Made by a program: the position numbers and the translations under genes. DNA of 63,200 nucleotides, the filler included, from Circinaria calcarea (taxonomy: Eukaryota), in assembly GCA_051942165.1 (NCBI GenBank). It is 31 parts of 31 records of this genome, joined end to end, with 100 filler letters (N's around TTAATTAATTAA, not from the genome) between each part and the next. Parts side by side here need not be neighbours in the genome. Positions count along the whole stretch, not along the records: positions 59,239 to 61,169 come from JAVECS010004072.1; positions 61,270 to 63,200 come from JAVECS010004073.1; 29 more parts are not named here. One strand, written 5' to 3'. Shown here piece after piece: positions 59,815 through 63,200 of the stretch; the stretch's first letter is position 1, and each line of letters opens with the position of its first letter. The notes beneath the pieces were generated by a model. That model saw only the letters and a program-made list of their open reading frames with translations. It made no database searches and was not told the origin of the DNA.

Positions 59815-60786
59815 TATTTTTATGGCGGAAAGAAGGGGAGGGATGGTGCTTGGTCGATAGATGCTAGTGGGAGAGAGGACAAAAATAAAGGCTTTTAAAA
59901 CAACCATGTTGACCAAGAAACTAAACATAGAGTAGTACTCATTTTTTTATAAATCTTCCACGACTTCCAGCAAACCCTCCACGCGGTGAAAGCGATGGGT
60001 AACAAAACCAAACCAAACCCAATTTCTTCTCCACCAGCACACTCGCATTTGCAAAACCCACCTCCCGAAATCCCAAAGAAAGAAAAAACCAAACCTGCAC
60101 CACTCGGATCAAACCAGGTTCATTACTTGCAAACATGGCAGAATTTGCACAAACGAACCCGTGGACCAAACAGCTGCTGGAGCTGGAAATGGGGAATGAA
60201 AAGGGGAGCGTTTTCCTTTTTCCCTTTCTTACTTTTTCCTTACTAGCGGTGGTAGAGTAGGCGAGTTGAGAGGATGTTGAGGTCGTTGGATAGGTGGATG
60301 GGTGGAGAGTGAGGCGAGTAGTGTAGTGTACAGAAAACGTCGTGTCCCCCACTTCACCTTAAAGGATTTGCAAATGGGAAACGATCCCCCCCTAGGAAAG
60401 ACAAGGCACCATGCACTGTCAATGGTAAGAACGGAGAAGCTGTACCAACCATGTTAACTTGCAAGTCAGACTCCCCGGATACAAGGTAGTTTCCTATGCC
60501 GATAAAGTATTATTTTCTATGTACAAGTACTAATACCACTCGCTCACTTGGTAGAAACAGGCTGTGAGCTAAGCTCTGGTGCACGTCGTTGTGGATGATA
60601 ATACCTAGTTCATGCAAACAGAAGACCGCCCCTTACCGTAGATAACGCCATTCATGACGCTCAAGCATATGTACAAGAAAATGTTTCATGACTTGGAGGT
60701 TCGATCTCGGCACTATTCAAAGTCTGCCCTACCTCCCAGCTTGGATATCGAGAAACAAAGCTTCTGTCCCTTCTCGCTATCGACCC

Positions 60787-61169
60787 TTATTTCAAGGGGA
60801 GCTTTACGGGGAGTTTTGCGGGGACCTTCTTCCTCGCTTGTACACTCAATTCGTATAGCGCGTCTTTGAAGGCAAACAGGAATGCAGCGGTGATAACACT
60901 CTGAGTGACCTTGGGACCGATACCTGCACACTCTGTCAGCTATGACGTGTAGGTAAGGCATTAGACAATCGGTACCTTTATAGAGTCCCGCCCATCCCTC
61001 CTCTCTAATAATCCGGCGTACGCTTTCAAACATGTTGTCCTGAGGACCATCTCTGCTGGCAACATGCATCCTACTCTTCACCGTGATATAGGGATAGGTA
61101 ATACTTGTCGCCAGGAGCTTCCCAATAGCACCCAAGTAGAAGGCGTCTCTGGGCATGACCCTCCTCCTC
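60787..61169 (-). CDS. Peroxisomal carrier Pmp47-like (mitochondrial carrier family), C-terminal part
   Basis: FYLGAIGKLLATSITYPYITVKSRMH...IIREEGWAGLYKG|IGPKVTQSVITAAFLFAFKD; intron 60924-60975. Confidence 0.9.
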
Positions 61170-61270
61170 NNNNNNNNNNNNNNNNNNNNNNNNNNNNNNN
61201 NNNNNNNNNNNNNTTAATTAATTAANNNNNNNNNNNNNNNNNNNNNNNNNNNNNNNNNNNNNNNNNNNNC

Positions 61271-62298
61271 TCTTGGACTGAGCCACTGAAGGGACAGCCG
61301 GCCCCGGAACACTTTGTGGTGTTCACCAAGCACAACCAGAACTACCTTGTGGAAAATCGGCCTTACGAGGGTCGTGAGGGTCATGCAGACGAGCTTCATC
61401 CTGTAGCTAAAGGTCGTGTGGATGCCCTTGCTAAGCTGCTTCAGCAGCCCAAAGAACAAGTCTTCCGAATCCCTCGATGTGTTGGATGGAAATACATTAT
61501 TAGTCAGAAAAGTACAGCATTTGTCTTTGAGAATCCCTCACCGCAATGTTCCAAGTCAACGAGCCTCAAGGACATTATTGCCTCAAATAATGAAAAGCCT
61601 TCACTTGAGAGTAAGTTTGAACTAGCATATGGCCTCGCTAGAGGCATTTCACAGCTTCATATGGTCAGATGGGTGAGTCGAAAAGGCTTTGGGCCTACTG
61701 TCCCTATCTCAACTTATACAGCTCTATAAATATCTATACGTTGTCAAATATAGACGTGGCTAACCAAAAATAGCTCCACGAAAGCTTCTGCAGTGACAAC
61801 ATCCTCTTCTTCCCCCACAACCAACCTACAGCACACCATGGCACCCGAATCGACTACTCCCAACCATGGATCCTCGGCTTCGACCTCAGTCGCCCAGAAG
61901 GTGAACTTTCCCTGGGCCCTACAGAGCTCTATCCCGAACGTGATGTCTATCGCCACCCAGAACGCCAAGGCGAGGTGAGGATGCAGTTTACAAAGCTCCA
62001 CGATATCTATGCCCTCGGTGTCGTACTGCTGGAAATTGGTCTGTGGGCTCCGGCCATCTCGCTGCAATCTAATCGCTTCGCCACAGTGAAGAAACCGAAG
62101 TCGATTCAGGACCAGCTCATCAAGCACGCGGAGAAGAGGCTGTCAAGTCATTTGGGAACCAAGTACAGGGATCTGGTGCTCAAGTGTTTGACCGGGGATT
62201 TTTGCGTTACGAATGATACGAGGGAGGATTTGAAGTTGCAGCAGGCTTTTAGGAGTCAGGTCGTTGATGTGCTGAAAAGGGCGGCGGAGAATGTATAG
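61271..62298 (+). CDS. Kinase-like domain of the type usually fused to a HeLo (prion-inhibition) domain, 5'-truncated
   Basis: RVDALAKLL, FRIPRCVGW, LHMVRW|LHESFCSDNILFF (intron 61673-61773), ILGFDLSRP, YRHPERQG and HDIYALGVVLLEIGLW. Confidence 0.85.
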
Positions 62299-62560
62299 TG
62301 TAATCGTATACTGACTTTTCCAGCGCTTGGGGTCTTGGTTTCACGACCTATATGTACTGAGGAGGGCCACTAAGACCGTACAGTCAAATTCTACACGTTA
62401 GAATCTTTATTCCACTTTGCAGAAACCAGAGGCACAGCTATGCCCAAAGTCTCAACCACCTCGCCACCTCGCCCATCCAACTTCAACCTAATCAAATGAT
62501 CCCCTCCCACTTCCACGACCTCTTCATCAGACCGATCTCACCAGTTTCCGGGCTCCTACT

Positions 62561-62720
62561 CAAGGCCTCCAATAGTGTAGCCGGTTCAGTGCGCACTGGC
62601 AGTTCACGGTGTAGTGTGCACTGCCAAGCCCGCACTATCAGTGCAGTACAGAGCTCTAAACTGCCAAGACGGTGCAGTGCAGAGCACTGCACTGCACCGG
62701 CTGCACTATTGGAGGCCTTG
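62561..62720. mobile_element. Complete 160-bp MITE, hAT-like
   Basis: 32-bp TIRs (30/32 identical) starting CAAGGCCTCCAATAGTG; perfect 8-bp TSD CTCCTACT at 62553-62560 and 62721-62728. Confidence 0.93.
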
Positions 62721-63200
62721 CTCCTACTTCCCTACTCCCATACTTCAAGGCATGCCCCTAACTCTCAACTCCCACAGCCCCCCTCCCCCCCAACTAACTC
62801 CTCGGCATCCTGCGCTACAAAAAAACCCCATCATCTACGCACCACATAAACAACCTCATGCAAGCACGGGGGGCAATAGCAAAAGAAGCGGGTCCGGGAG
62901 GTGGAAAAGGGAGGAGAAAGCCATATTTTATCAACGGTCGTTTTCCCTAGCGTCGCCCCCTGTGTCCGAACTGGTGGCGTTTTTCAGAATACTCTTCGTC
63001 GTTGACTGCAGGGATTTGTGAGATATTTTCCAAACCCCTCAGAGCGACATATTCAACCAAAACCCTTGCATTGCATCGCCATAACCCAGAGACTAGGATC
63101 TCAACTACTGTAACCCACATCCGAAACCCCATCAAACCCGCCCCAAATCCCACATCCCGCATCCCGCATCCCTCTAATACCTCTTCCCCTCATCCCCCTC

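Noticed and set aside
1959..61269. Regularly spaced identical TTAATTAATTAA repeats (CRISPR-like or tandem-array appearance)
   Set aside because: They sit inside N runs of fixed length and separate size-sorted contigs. This is an assembly linker; ORFs ending in X/LIN are artefacts.

Overview
This window is not a contiguous locus. It is 31 unrelated contigs of about 1.93-1.96 kb, sorted by decreasing length and joined by an artificial 100-bp linker (N44-TTAATTAATTAA-N44). Gene neighbourhoods are therefore meaningful only within a contig. The DNA is from a filamentous ascomycete (Pezizomycotina; short spliceosomal introns). Most contigs hold fragments of ordinary nuclear genes: tim54, cot-1/CBK1, eIF2B-epsilon, RasGAP, GMC oxidoreductase, YGR210C-like GTPase, dim1, LIP lipase, duo1, hsp90, palcA/nuc-1-like, tinA-like, SulP, pom33, mic19, rav2, spc19, dsk2, clpP, MAPK phosphatase, pmp47 and two PTH11-like receptors. 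Several of these are missed by the ORF track because of introns. Two contigs are mitochondrial-type: one has a cox1 exon between two group I introns with an intact LAGLIDADG ORF; the other has a degenerate trnP plus a start-less, mutated cox1 5' end, suggesting a NUMT or dead copy. The best second-look items are a 160-bp MITE with 32-bp TIRs and an 8-bp TSD (hAT-like) with relics on other contigs, a dispersed repeat with a telomere-like head that co-occurs with an LTR family, an unannotated protein with a Cif-like Cys/His/Gln motif layout, several pseudogenes, and a hairpin-rich non-coding island. I found no convincing multi-gene novel system. All family assignments come from motif recognition by eye, not from database searches.
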